Below are positions 38,305-51,701 of a stretch of 60,913 nucleotides of DNA, one piece after another. The stretch is from Catajapyx aquilonaris (lineage: Eukaryota), in the NCBI GenBank assembly GCA_000934665.2, contig KZ538575.1:1-60913 (forward strand), read 5' to 3'. The position numbers were made by a program, and so were the translations under genes. Position 1 is the stretch's first letter. Each line of letters begins with the position of its first letter. Under the pieces are notes generated by a model. The model made no database searches, was not told the origin of the DNA, and saw only the letters and a program-made list of their open reading frames with translations.

Positions 38305-41300
38305 AAAATATTAATATTCACAAGCCGACACACAGGTGAAATTACTAGTGCATCTTGCACTACAGGATATTATTTAGATATCTAAATTACATTTTAGAGC
38401 TAAATATTTATAAGTAATGATATTATTCGCATAGAAGCAGCGTGTAATATACAAGTACGTACTACGAGGTCCAAGGTAATAGTAGAATTAAAGTACACTT
38501 TTTTTACATAATCCGCAACATAAATACGACTTATTGTTGCAGAAGCCGCTTCAACCACATTGTGTGTCAGGTATCAATGGACATTTCTTTTTGACCAAAA
38601 AATTCATGTGTACCTCCACCCTGTTGGTCTGCAGTTCTTGTTCTATTCGGCCATTCAATTATGCCAATATGCAACTTAAGTTATTCAAAAATATAAACAC
38701 TCCCGCAATATGATTCAAGTTGTTCAGATGTCTATTTGAGGTGTACCGTATTCGGCATAGAAACACCGTCTGCAATATATCAAATGCCACCTGCCCCCTG
38801 CTTTCGATTGCATGTCAAATGGGGCCGGCCACAAGTGGAGGCTATCGCCCGTACTTATAATCATCCAATTGGCACAATTAGTCTCCCACTTGTAGACCTG
38901 TCAGTGGGTACAGTACACAGTAGGACGACCGTAGTGCGTATTGTACAGTAGCCTAGGCGCCCACCCGACGTCCGCGCCAAACCCTCCCTTTGGCCGCGCC
39001 CGCGCTTCAGCGTCACCCCCTTGCTCTCCCTGCCTCCCCCTAGCCCCCTGCCGAATCTGTTCCCTTTCGGCTCGACGCAGTCCGAGTTGGGACGCGCCAC
39101 GGGACACTGTGCCAACGGAAAAGGCCCATTCCAGCTTACCCCTACTCCTCTTCACCTGTCTCATCAATGTTGTGAGTGGTTGTCAAGATGGTTAGTGATG
39201 CCAGGGGAGAGACTACGGGTGACCCCTGTGGACTCTTAGTTGGATGACCTGTAACACATACAAATACGGTATCTCTAGTGGACGATGACCTGTAGTGGTA
39301 GTATTTTGTGGATTTTTTTTCGGTGCTCTCCTTGATGTGATTTAGGCTACCAGTCGAAAGTGTTGTAGGCAGACCCTTGTACCCTTATTTTTTTTTCAAT
39401 CCGGTGTGGAAAACATGACGAGGAGGACATTGTGGGGAATGTGTTGGTGGGATTGGTGGTGGTGGTGGTGCATGCTTGGCTCGCTTTTCGTCTTGGAAGT
39501 CGTCGAATCGGCCAGAGAAAGTAAGTGACTCTTTTTTTGACATATTTAATTCATTCTTTTTGGTGTGTTAACCAAGTGGTCGTATTTGAGCAGCATATTG
39601 CTCTGAAAGAATAATTGACTCGGGACCGGAATTCCTACCTTCTATTGAAAGCTCGGTGTATAGCGCGGCTCGGGAGACTTGTATGCACCGAATGATGAAA
39701 AGCCGAAACCGCATTAAAAATGTAGCTTCGAAATAAGAAATGCATTATGTTAGGCATTGTAAATGAATAGAGCAACTGCATTGCGCTGCATAGCTGAGAA
39801 GAGTCACACGGATCGAAACTGAGAGGGAAGGGGAGGGAGGGTGTCGGAGGTATAGTGTGCATAACTCCATGGATAAAGGAATGTCGATTGCATGTCCAAG
39901 TCCACGTCCAAGTAAATGAAAACTCAAGGGTGGTAGGCAGAATGTCGATGACGCGGGAAATTAATCCGGTAGTGTTTGGGTGGCTGCTGGTGACACTTGA
40001 CAATTTTTACCTGACAGTGTACCTAGCCAGCAGAAGCCACAGGATGCGTTTCTTTTTCTTTTTATATCCCTCTCGGCCACCGTGGTTGATACAGTGCCAC
40101 TTGTTCAAGCGGGTGACAAACGAGGACGTAGGTAATCGGCGTCAAGGAATGCTTTGTAACAAATCTCTTTTCGGCGCCACACCTAGCCAATTTATGGTCT
40201 GTCGGAAGGGCTGCAAAGATCCACTGATAACACACCAGCCAGACCCAGTTGCAGGTTTTCCTGTCTGCGCTTTGCAGTTATATTGCCGAGTCCACTTGAC
40301 CGGACACGTATTGCGTGCGTTGGTCAAACGCCTAAGCGCGTTTGCAAAACAAGCTGGCGATGGCTTCCCAAGATTTGAGCCTGGTTTCCACCTAATAATT
40401 GCTAGTGAGCGGAAGGGGGGGAGGGGAGCCGCGTTTGACAACTGTCTATAAATATTTCCATGTTCGATCAGCAGCGATACATTAATTTATTTCGGTTCAG
40501 AGGATCAAAGCAGCTGATGTGACCGAAGCGAGTTTAAACAAACACCCGATAGTCTTCAAAGGAACCAATAGGAGCAATATTTGCGAGTCCAGAACACATG
40601 CTGCGCGGTTGCAAATTGATTCCATGTCGCAGCAAAAGCCTTTGGCATGAGCAAACACTACGGGGCTACAGTTCAGACCTTATCTTCGGCAGGTGGAACA
40701 ACGTTATCTGAATTGAACTTGGGCCTAAATAGAGACGCGCAATTTTCCCGCAATTATTCGGGCCGGCAAATTGGTCATAGACGATGTGAGGAGAGTAGTT
40801 ATATTGCAAAGGAATAAGATGGCGCTTCTGGTGGTGAAACCGAGACTAATGCGGTGACGAGGGTCGTTCTCGGCGACTGACTGCGCCCGTGCAGTTTGTT
40901 GATTTGAAATTGCGACGCTAATGGGCGTATACGCGATATAGGCCATTCGGCCGATGTATAATTTTGCGGAATAATTTCCTTGTATGCCCATATATGCAGC
41001 AACAGCTGCACCGCCGGCTATGGAAATGTCGCGGCAGCTGACTGGAACTTTATTGTGTACTTGGAAGCCGACGCGGGATTAATCTGACATAAATACAGCC
41101 AATTAGTTATGTGAAGCATGAGGTTGCTGGTGGCATGCTTCCTGTGCTGGCTATTGCAGCCAGTAATACAATATTCATCTGTTCGGGGGCCTCTTCCAGA
41201 GAGTCGATGCGAAAATCAGTGCAAACTTGGCTTCTTTCCAGGCCCGAATCAAAGGCCATGTTGAAACGGTGCCATTGGACTTGTCGTGTTCAGTACGTCG

Positions 41301-43730
41301 GCGGCATTATATTCTTTACGATGCGTTGAATTTCTCCGAGCCGGGCTGCCGGGCTTGATAGGCCACTTTGGAGCCCAGATAGACCCGAGTCCTCCGGCTC
41401 GTCAGAGGCACATTGGCCTAATCTGCATGGTAAACAGGCTCGCATGCTCGGGATGTCGTACGGTTATTGGTGTATCGCAGCTCCTAAAACGTCCCAATGG
41501 TAATATCTTGCAGCGGAGGTAGCTTCGGTGGGGGATGGAGGCTTTAGGTACGCTTTGGGGAGAGAAGCCCGCCGGCCTACCGCAGCTGGACCAAATCGGG
41601 CGCGAATCGTATTATTATCTATAGCTGTCCAAATATTACTACTACCTCGGACCGGGATGCTTACGCTGGCTGCCAGACCCCCGCCTCTTAATCCAAGATT
41701 CCGCAGGGATTGGTTTAAAAAATTTCATTATAAGCATAGCTCGGCTTGGGATGCGGGACCCCTTTTTTCTGCCTTTTTTGCCCAATGCCTGCCGATCAAC
41801 TGGGCCGCCTAGGATCTACAAAAAGCACCCTTGTGTCGGTGGGAACCAACCCAAATTCACAACACGTTGGAAACCACCCATCATGTCCACACACAACTCA
41901 AACTGGATGTGATTCAAGGAGGACATCTACTTAGTCCGCTTAGATTTTGGGTGATTGTGATTCAGGAAGTGTTCCTGATATGAGAAAGTGAAGGTGGCAG
42001 AATATTGCACCATTTTCACCAATGTTCCACCACTTTGAGTGATTCCATTACGCAATGGCTTAGCCCGTGCCGTAGCGTAGGTCAACCCCGGCCCACGATT
42101 CTTCAAAGGCAGATTAGGGACAAGGACTGTCGGCAAAGGCAAGGTCGACGTGTGAATGATGACTAAGCATTACCCGGGACGGAACACCCCTGCGGATGTG
42201 TTGGCGGTTTCCTTATCTGGCCGTCCGCGCGCTCGTAAATATTCCTCCAGCAGGATGGTTCAAATATGAGGCTGTTCCTCCCCTGTGATAACTCAAGGCC
42301 CTCAATTAAAGCGCGCCAGACCCCCCGATGGATATGTATATGTGTGAATCTTACGGGACGTCCCCCCCACCCCTACAAAAGGCTAATGGCCGATCGCTCA
42401 TGCTGGCGTCACTTCATTTTTGTCTTATTTATTGCTTCCAAAAGCTTAGACTCTGTTGGAGGGGAGTTCTGGGCTTATGGCCTGACTCACGCATTGTCAT
42501 ATCTAGAGAGAGACAAAAAAAATCACAATTGCACATTGCAAAGTACTGTACTTCTGATGGGTGTACACGTTAGGGAGCACAGCTTGGCTGAGGAAACTAA
42601 ATTAAATGCGCGTTTCGAGGCGGTCCAGATTACATTAGTTTTACATAAGATTGCGGCAGATATTTGCGAGGTAATGTAACGCATCTACCTGCAATATCAG
42701 AGTCGATAAAAAAATTGGGGCGCCATCCGCATTCAATATGCCTACAGGTATGCCATAACAGGGAAATTTTAGCGGATTTGGTGCATTTTAAAGCAGTAAA
42801 TGAAGTTTTACGAGACTCGTTTTGAAGAACACTAATCTTAAAGTGTCTAATTTCTCTGCATCTGATGTATATTGCTGATCTCAAAATATTAGTCGTACAC
42901 GTGCTAATTGATAGGCGGTATTAATGATTTCTAAACATGTTTATAACCAAATTATTTGAAATATGCTGCGCCATTTGCTTTTTTATAATATAAGATTTCG
43001 AGCAGTTATATAGCTTGCTGGCTGCAGGCATCTTTTGGAGTTTACGCATAGTGCTTATAAAAGCAGACTTCAGAAATAATTATGGAAATGTTTTCTAACA
43101 TGAGGCAGGAACTGTATTTATTATCTACGTGGATTAAAATTGAAAAACAGCGTGTGGGTTTATGAAATACTAACAGTGAGCTTTTACCGACGGCTTTTAC
43201 ACTATTTCTTATCCTGCACCATTCCCCCCCCCCCCCCCTTTTTCTGTTCGGAAAACTGTATACTGCAACACTGTAACACTCATAGTATATCATATGAAGG
43301 TTTGTGGAGCTTCCTTGACAAGGACAGTTACGACAAGTAAAACTTGAGCACTTTGAATTACACTCTGCACATGCCGTAAGTAGGCCTACCTTGTGATTAG
43401 GAAAGTATCTATTACATCACAGATCACACCTGTTGCAGATCGCAAAGAAACTGCATCAACTCCCAAGTTTTGGGACATCAAGATGCCACAGGTTTCTATG
43501 AAATTATGCTCACCCCTCAACTATATGAAAAGGCTTGGGACAATGAAAGTCTAGCACCAAAACCATGATATCGCTAGTGTCCCCACAGTTTGGAGTCCAC
43601 CCATGTGCAGTCCCCGCGAGAAAAGCACCATGTGCAAATGACCTGGGTTTTTGCGTGGTCCACGAGTTTCAGGAAGCCCAAGTTGCAACCCGCATGTAGC
43701 TCTAGGCCTATTGCATTAGGATTGAAAGTT

Positions 43731-43731
<1 letters not shown>

Positions 43732-43768
<37 letters not shown>
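43732..43768. repeat. (GA)n microsatellite
   Basis: Direct reading. Confidence 0.97.
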
Positions 43769-43769
<1 letters not shown>

Positions 43770-46446
43770 AGGGTCCAGCAGAAGAGAAGTTTACTGCACA
43801 GTTCGCGGAGGTCAGTCGTAAAGGTTACAGGAGAGGTAATCTGGAGGTGGGCACATAGCTCCACGAGCCACCCAACAGCCTTTCAACTTCTCTCTTGCTC
43901 GTTCCAAACTTTACGGCCTCCCATTTAAGGCCCTGTTTCTATTACATGCCACCCATGCTAATTCACCTGGATACTTATATTGAGTGCTGTGCGTCGACAC
44001 TAAATATTTTATGCGTGTCCCCCCGTCCCCCCCTTCTATATTCCATACGGGAACTGTGGGGGTAGAAAGTCAGGGAGATTCCTTTCTGCGGAATTGACTG
44101 ACCGCACATTGATTTTCGGTGTTCCGCAAGAGATGGCCGCATTTGTAAACAGCCCCGAACGCTTTATCGCTTCGGGCAGATCTACGATGTTTGACCTTAT
44201 CGGAAAGAATTTTGCCAACCTGTTCTCTCAGGATGATTGTTGGATTGTTTTTGAAACGTGTGGATTTATTAGCTGTGGTAATGGCTGGCTACTAATAATT
44301 GGAAGAGAGAGAAGGATTAAGTAATAATATTTTGGTCCCGGTGGGAAGCTGACCTACATGTATTGACCTACTCGAACAGTACCCATTGATAAATGGCCAA
44401 TTTGCTAAGGCGGCGTTCTTCTCTGCCTCCCTTCCAAGCTCCCGTACGGCTCAGTAGACCGAATTGTAGCGAAAGCACATCAGTCGTCACAAGTACGCGA
44501 AGTGGAACGTGAAAAACAACTTCACCATGGGGGCCACCATGCATCACCACGTAGTGCACGAAAGTTAGTGGGTATGTTACGAGCCGGGCTCGATAAATTG
44601 AATCCATTTAGGCTGGGCATACCTTGGGAAAAAATGCGTTATTTATAGCAATGGTGCTGAATACTGTTTGATAAAAATTTAACGCATGTAACAAAAATAA
44701 CTAGTAATGAAAGTAGTGACAAAAAGATACGGGTAAATGCAACATGAGAAAATGAGCTCCAGCATATGGGCGAGATTGTCGTTAACGCTAACGACCTTTT
44801 TTGGCATGTAAATTTGCACGCACGGAATTATTTGATCAGCTGTGCCCCAGTCTTGATTATTCAAATTTGCCTGATGCCTGTTGTCTGCACATTTCCGGAC
44901 CGTGTGGCGCAATGTTACCAACAATGCAGATTGGGGATGGGAAAAATCGTGTAATATTTTTCCCCTCAAAATTTCTTTAATTAATAAGCTTACTTATTAA
45001 GTCCCCTCCTCCAAATCACTTCAAAGTGAGCAACGTTATGGCATATAGCCATATTTACCAAAGCATTAGTACATGCCTGGCATAAATGAATAGCGACCGA
45101 CCCTTCCGGTTCGATGATCCTTGGCTTGGCGGTACCCCGATTTCCCGCCTCCCTTGCAAACTCCGATGTTTACAATGATGCTGGAAGTTCAAAAAGGCGC
45201 GGGATCTGGCGTTGCGTTTCCCTCCCCGGAATGGCATAACTAGAACCGCCATAGAGCGGCAAATAAACAGGTAGAGTGCAAAGAGCCGAACCGGTGTGTA
45301 AAGCCGCATAGGAAATGACATGTCAGAGAGCATAGTGCACGCAGTGTTGGTATGCAAAGCAGCTGGTTTTTGCCACGCGTGTTCTGAACGTTTGAAACAA
45401 CCCTACCGTCCTATTTTTTCCCCCGAATTATTTCATCTCGGAATGGAGGGAAACCTGGGCATCAACACGATATGCGGTAATCAACGCACGCCTTGTACAT
45501 CGTCGGTGCCAATTAGCAACGAAAACAGGGAGTGAAATTGATGTTATCTTGGAAAATTAATCGAGCCTCTAGCTTGTTGCTTTTGCGAATCAGGGGCAGA
45601 CCCTACCGTTGGTTTTCATCCGGGGAAGGAGGAAATGAACCCATGTTTCACACACTGCCGTCCTACCCTGCGCAGGAACTCTTCGTGCAGATGAGGGAAC
45701 GTGACCACTTTTGCACAGCTGCGTGTTTGCTCGTTTGCCGCACGCGGGTACTCACTTGTCTCAAAAAACTATACGGTGCAGTGCTCATCCATCAGAAAGG
45801 GGGATTTTTTCGGGTTGGGTATGTGTGTGGAAAGCCACTGGCAAAGTGGAGGCAACAGTAGAGACAGTCCGATTAAAGCAAGTGACTTGTGGAGGATTCG
45901 CAAAGTAGAAACTTGAAAACAGATGCTGAACGTGTGAAGTAAAGGTCGGCTCTGATGAGAGAATACCAAGTGACGAAGCGGGAACGGAATTCGCTGGCAC
46001 GACTTGAGAGTACTCTACAAATGTTCTGCATTTTCGGAGGAGAGGTTGGAAGCCAGTGGCAAAGAGCGCGCTGCTTTTACCTACACTGAATGCAAATGCT
46101 GGCTTGAATTTACCCATGCAGCCGGACAAATTCGAACTGACGCCTGTTGTGGTTGCTGGCAACCTAATGTTGGATTCAATCATACTCAGAACTTTGGGGC
46201 TGGGTGAGAATTCAAAGTTGGAGAAAATCCTCTGTGTGGGCTCTCAGGATGTTGCGGAATGTCTGCTTTTCAGCCAACTTTGAGCACAAAGTAAGGTACC
46301 GACAGATTTAAGAGGCGCTCTCTTGCAGCGACAAATGGAATCGAGAGTCAGGCCACACAGCGTATTTTGACGGATCTAAGCATTTTGATATCACCATATA
46401 GCCTAGTCTGCATCTCTGTCGAATCTGTCTTTCACATCATTATAAT

Positions 46447-46731
46447 TTTTATTTTATTTTTTAAAATTTACCCCGTGATAGGGCGGAGCCATTTTAGGGG
46501 AGAAGGGGAGGTTCTCAAGGGAGGGCGCTGTAATTATAGTCATTTCGGACTTTCTGAAATACAACAGACCTTTTCTCTTGGCCCTGGGCAGAGTAGGGAG
46601 TGCAATTCTGCCCCGGCATGTCGGGTGAAAGCGGAAAAAGACCAGGCCAAGCAGAGGTGACGGGGACGGGATTTGAACCCCGGCCTCCCGCTTGGCTGGC
46701 CAGTGGCGTACCACCAGACTACAATGCCTCC
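46447..46731 (-). mobile_element. tRNA-derived SINE (family D)
   Basis: Minus strand head GGGAGGCATTGTAGTCTGGTGGT, B-box GGTTCAAATCCC and an A-rich tail; 9-bp TSD CATTATAAT at 46438-46446 and 46732-46740. Confidence 0.85.
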
Positions 46732-47639
46732 CATTATAATAATCAAATTATTTGAATACTCAATACCGCACAGTTTTAAAACTAAATCAGTTATAAAATA
46801 TTCCAAAAATTGGCTTCACCACAACTTGGATTGTGTCACGCGCCAACCACCTCACTTCAATCAGCCTTAATTTTCTTGATCTTATTACGTATTTAGAAGT
46901 AGGGAGCGGAGGAAGGAAGTCTGGCTGCAACCATCCACGAAATAGATTTCCGGTTCAAGACCTTCCTGCGTCGGCAATTACTATGCCCCCTTGCCTGAGT
47001 AGGCACAATAACTTCCGCCATGGACCATTGTAACATGTGGCCATACAATAGTCCGGTTGTCTGGTCCTCTAGGAGATGTCCGTTCCGGCAGTGTACTATC
47101 TCTCGGGCGTCCCCATTCTGCTCATTCAGGCAGAGATGATGGATTGGTAAAGCATTAGGCTGTCACACCATCACCTGATAACTCACTATTCACCAGAGTC
47201 TCGCACACGATATCTGTAAATCACCGTCCGGGAGTGTTGGATCGCTGTGATGAAACTGTCAGCTTGACGCTACGGGGATCTGCGATGCCGGGGATTCTGT
47301 GTTTTGTGATAAACTCGGCATAGACCTAGGCGGTATTAATTTCGAACCATGCAAACATACAAAGCGAAGGTATGAATATTAATTGCATGCGGAAGGAAAG
47401 AGAGTCTGCTGGAAGGGGAGAGGGGGGGGGGGNNNNNNNNNNNNNNNNNNNNNNNNNNNNNNNNNNNNNNNNNNNNCCCCCCTCTTAATGCAATGCTCGG
47501 TGAGAATGCAAATGAGCATTTGCAGATGTTGCCAAAAGTGAAAATGGAATTTCGCAGACTCAAGTTGGGTTTCAAAATAGACACTTTTTCACGAATCGCT
47601 ATAAGTACAAAAAAATGCAATAATTACTAATAATTATAT

Positions 47640-47719
47640 GGGAGGACTGGAGGATACAATAGCATACGCTACAATAGTATACGGTTATATCACATGCTAT
47701 TGTATCCTACAGTCCTCCC
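47640..47719. mobile_element. 80-bp mini-MITE flanked by ATAT (Sola2-like or AT-TSD family)
   Basis: 30-bp inverted repeat with one mismatch at 47636-47665 / 47694-47723: ATAT|GGGAGGACTG...CAGTCCTCCC|ATAT. Confidence 0.75.
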
Positions 47720-49033
47720 ATATCGGGAGCGGGCTCTGCAAAAATGTAGCAAAGTATAACGCAATAAATTAGGTTCATTACCACTAAGTACCTCACACTA
47801 TACGCAGCAAGTGCATGTGCACCGGAACACCCATTTGTTGGCCAAATTGACATTAAGAGCCGAGTCATAACCGCAGACGCTTTCTCGCTTGATGCTCGGA
47901 GACACTTGCTTCGTGTTGTCTCATTATTCTCCTCTGATTGGTGGGAGTGTTGCCGAGGGACATGACGTGCAACTTGGCAGCGCTCGTAAATGCACCACTT
48001 GTCATGTCGTGCTGCAATACTTTGTTTCTCAATTGTACCAACCGTTTTTGGAGTGGAGCTGTTTTTTTTTTGGTCAAATGGTTTTTTTCCCTGGCAGTTC
48101 TTGTGTCGTATTTGTTACGCTGTCAGTACGAATTTTTCTTTTGCTATTGCTGTTGTCACTGGAATGTTTTTTGTGCGCTAGGCTTATTGGCCGAATTCAT
48201 AATGGAGGTGGCGGACCTACAGGCAGCTCGAGAGGGCCCGTCAAAATAAAGAAGGCCACGTGCTCCAAATCCGATTAGGTTTTAACACTGGCTGAGACTA
48301 GCGAACCATCCTCTATCGTGATTTATTTTATTGGTCACGATGCCATTGCCAGCGTTTCGAGGGTCATTTTGTTGATAAATGAACGCGAACTACTCTCCCC
48401 GCGACCCCAAAGCGCATTTGATGTGGAAGAAAAGCTATGATCCAGAAATGTCGTGTAAAAGGCGCGATTGAAACAAGTGATGACGTGGCGAACCGGTGCG
48501 GTGTAGAGAAAACGGTCATCAATCCGAACCTCCTGGTCATTTGTCCACCAAAATACAGCTCAACTTGGAAGAGAAAGTGACACTTCATCTCGCATGTCTT
48601 CATTATGCCTTTTTAGATTTTAAATGAATCTTTACCTAAAGCTACATTAATTCTATGGTGTACAGTCTTGAACAATTTGTTTTTTGTTTCTTTGACATTT
48701 GCATAATAAATGCCGGAGTGAATTATGCACATTTTTTTCTACCAGAAACTCAAAATGTGAGCCAAAAAATACGTTTTCTAATATAGGTAAATTAGCAATT
48801 TGTGCAACTAATTTTAATTTGGACATTCGCACGAAAAAATTTCCAACTTCCGTGAGGCACGTTGGGGACGTAAATGCTATATCATAAATTCATTCAGGAG
48901 TTCTATTTTCTGTGCTGCATACTTCAGCCTAGATTTTCTGCGGTTTTAAATAGTAATCAATATCTGCTGAATGCAGCAGTAGTTCCAGAAATACTGTAGT
49001 ATGCAGCCTGCTTGCCAAATTCGCTGCAAATGA

Positions 49034-49036
<3 letters not shown>

Positions 49037-49087
<51 letters not shown>

Positions 49088-49093
49088 CAACAA
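49037..49093. repeat. (AAT)n/(AAC)n microsatellite
   Basis: Direct reading. Confidence 0.97.
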
Positions 49094-51641
49094 AGTAGGA
49101 TGTTCAAAAATATTTTTCTATTCATAGTCCATCATTGTGGAAGAAGGGTTTTGATGACATTACCATTTTCTCCTACCTTCCTGGCGGCACTCACCGGGCC
49201 CCATCTACGAAACTAGATCTTACCTGAATTCCCACTCCTTCAAATCTCCTTCCAGGTTGCTACGCTGCCTTTTCTCCTTCCATCCTGAAATTGCCGAGTC
49301 CCAATTCCAGCTAAGACGAGTTAAGAATCAGAAGATCTATATCATTCCTTAATCCTTAATCCTGTGATGAACTCGACTTTTGTCATGTAAATGCTCACAG
49401 TACTGTATAAACTTAAAGGTTGAAATAGCTTAACTTATTAAGATGGCTTCACAGTCTTGTTGTTGAGTAGTTCCTTCAACCCAAAGACAGCGACGCGTCA
49501 GTATGAACCCCAATTTGACGAATCAGACAGACAACGGAAATCAGATCGTGAATTTAGTTTGAAAGTAGAACGGCCATTTTGTGCCCATTTGAATGAATTT
49601 GTCTGCGACCCAACAAACTACAGACGAGCGAATATAGTAGTGCCAGGAAATGTCCCAGAGTCGAGAATCGGAAATTACTAAACCTTCACGCTTTATGGCG
49701 TAGCTGCCTTTTCCTAGAGGCACTGCAAGGAGACGGGGGGCTATTTCTTCGCGTCATAAAACGGATACTTTTTTTATGAACAGGGAAATGCACTTTGCGA
49801 TATTATCGTCCTGAGGATCAGCGTTCCGATCGGACCAATTATGTCCTTCCAACAAGCACTTGGAATCGGCCAGTAAGCTTCACTGTCTTTTCGGGTGGAT
49901 CTCTTTTCAGTATTTTTTGGAGAGAGAAGTCCCGCAATTTAATGCTGGCGGGCTCCAAAAAAATTTTTTTTGTTCTTTTTCCTTCAGTCCCACGCAATCA
50001 ATCCGGGGAAGCATTTTCTGCCAAACTGTCCGGATGCCATATTTCAGGCCGTTATTACGTATTGCAGGAGCGATGTGCTGTCAGGGTCGTTTCAAATGAA
50101 TTCCGCGCAATCGTGAGCAAATTAATTGGTCACCAACGTTATCAGCAGTATGAATAGTTACCATAAATTTTGCATTTGGTATTCATCAGATTAGCTTTTT
50201 GTTGCGATGTTTTGGACAATATCCAAGCCGAGAGTCGGTGCACAAAAAAGTATTAACATTCATATAGGTACATTAATTTGGCACATAATGTGATGGGGAC
50301 CTTTTGTGTACATATGGAGTCTGACACATGATGCGCTTCGGTTTGATCGACTCTCTTGTCAGGCTTCTTGTTGGCAAAAGTATTGGATGTTTTTTTTGCT
50401 CGTTCTTTGACCATTCGCGATTCTGCGAGGATCATCAAGCAACAAGAAGCGTATCCGTACTCGGCTTTTTTTGCAACTTTGTGCCGCCTCATTTTCTCTG
50501 GGGTTTTCGACCCACACGGCGCGTAATTTCTTTATTTCCCGGCCATGATTTTTCTCTCCATGACACCCCAGCCGCAGTTATTTTCACATATTTTTTTGCT
50601 GGCTTTCGCCAATGTGTTTTGATAAATCACGCCCTAGAGAAGAGCAGAAAATATTTTCCTAGGAATACGATCCAGTTGTGACGTCATATGTAGCGAGTCC
50701 AGAATATTACAGATGAAATATATAACAGTCAAATTTTGATATTAGCCTATGATTTATTATTGTTCAGTTATTTGCTAGCATAACGTTCTTGGAATAATAA
50801 TTAGACACCATTTTGTTAGCACAAGTATAATTCCAACATCAAAATAATTTTAAAAAAATCCGAGTTTTTGTTTCATCTATAATATAACTATTACTATCCG
50901 AATTCTGCCCTTTGAACTGCCTGTTGCAGCCTGCGTGTCAACCCCAATAATTCTTGTAACACTTACTACAGGTGGCAAAGGTGGCACGTCAATAAGTGCT
51001 GCATGGCAAAGGTGCTGCCTGGCATGTCAAAACAACCTAATTCGAAACTCTGTATTATTCACCGCCACTTTGTCCAATGTATGTACAGCATTGTGTACCG
51101 TCAAACTCTGCTATTGATTCTATCCGAGTGCTCCGCACTAACAAGTGTGCTTACCTATGTTGACTCTCGAAGCCCTCATAGGATAAGAGGCACCCCCCAC
51201 TCCCCAAGGAGACCTTTGTGCATATGTGTGGGGTTGTTCTTTCTCTCAAACCCTTACTTTTCACAGGTACCTCCGATCATCCTAACCGTTACAAAAATGT
51301 GCCAGGGAATTCCCTACACGTTGGTGACTGTACGTACAGACACAACAAATTATTTCACCGCATTGCAATTTATCTCTTGGCTATTCGAAGTTAAATTGAT
51401 TAAAATACAGGACATGGCAATAGATGACCAAATGGCGACCGACCAGATCTTGCACATTATCCGTGCGTTAGTCAAGCGCATTTTTCGTGCAGCCTGTCAG
51501 CATTGTACGTGGTAACGTACCCTGTGTATGTGTATGTGTGTGTGCGTGTATGTTCGGAGTGTGCAAGAGTCACGGCCCATTCCGGGCGGACAGTGACAGA
51601 TGGACGGCGGGGAATCCGGCAAATCCGGCAAATCCAGCTGG

Positions 51642-51644
<3 letters not shown>

Positions 51645-51699
<55 letters not shown>
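51645..51699. repeat. (GA)n microsatellite
   Basis: Direct reading; source of the RERERE and SLSLSL ORFs. Confidence 0.97.

Positions 51700-51701
<2 letters not shown>

Noticed and set aside
39855..40451. Longest ORF in the track (198 aa)
   Set aside because: Non-ATG start, no recognisable motif, crosses T-rich and G-rich runs; consistent with chance in GC-richer DNA.
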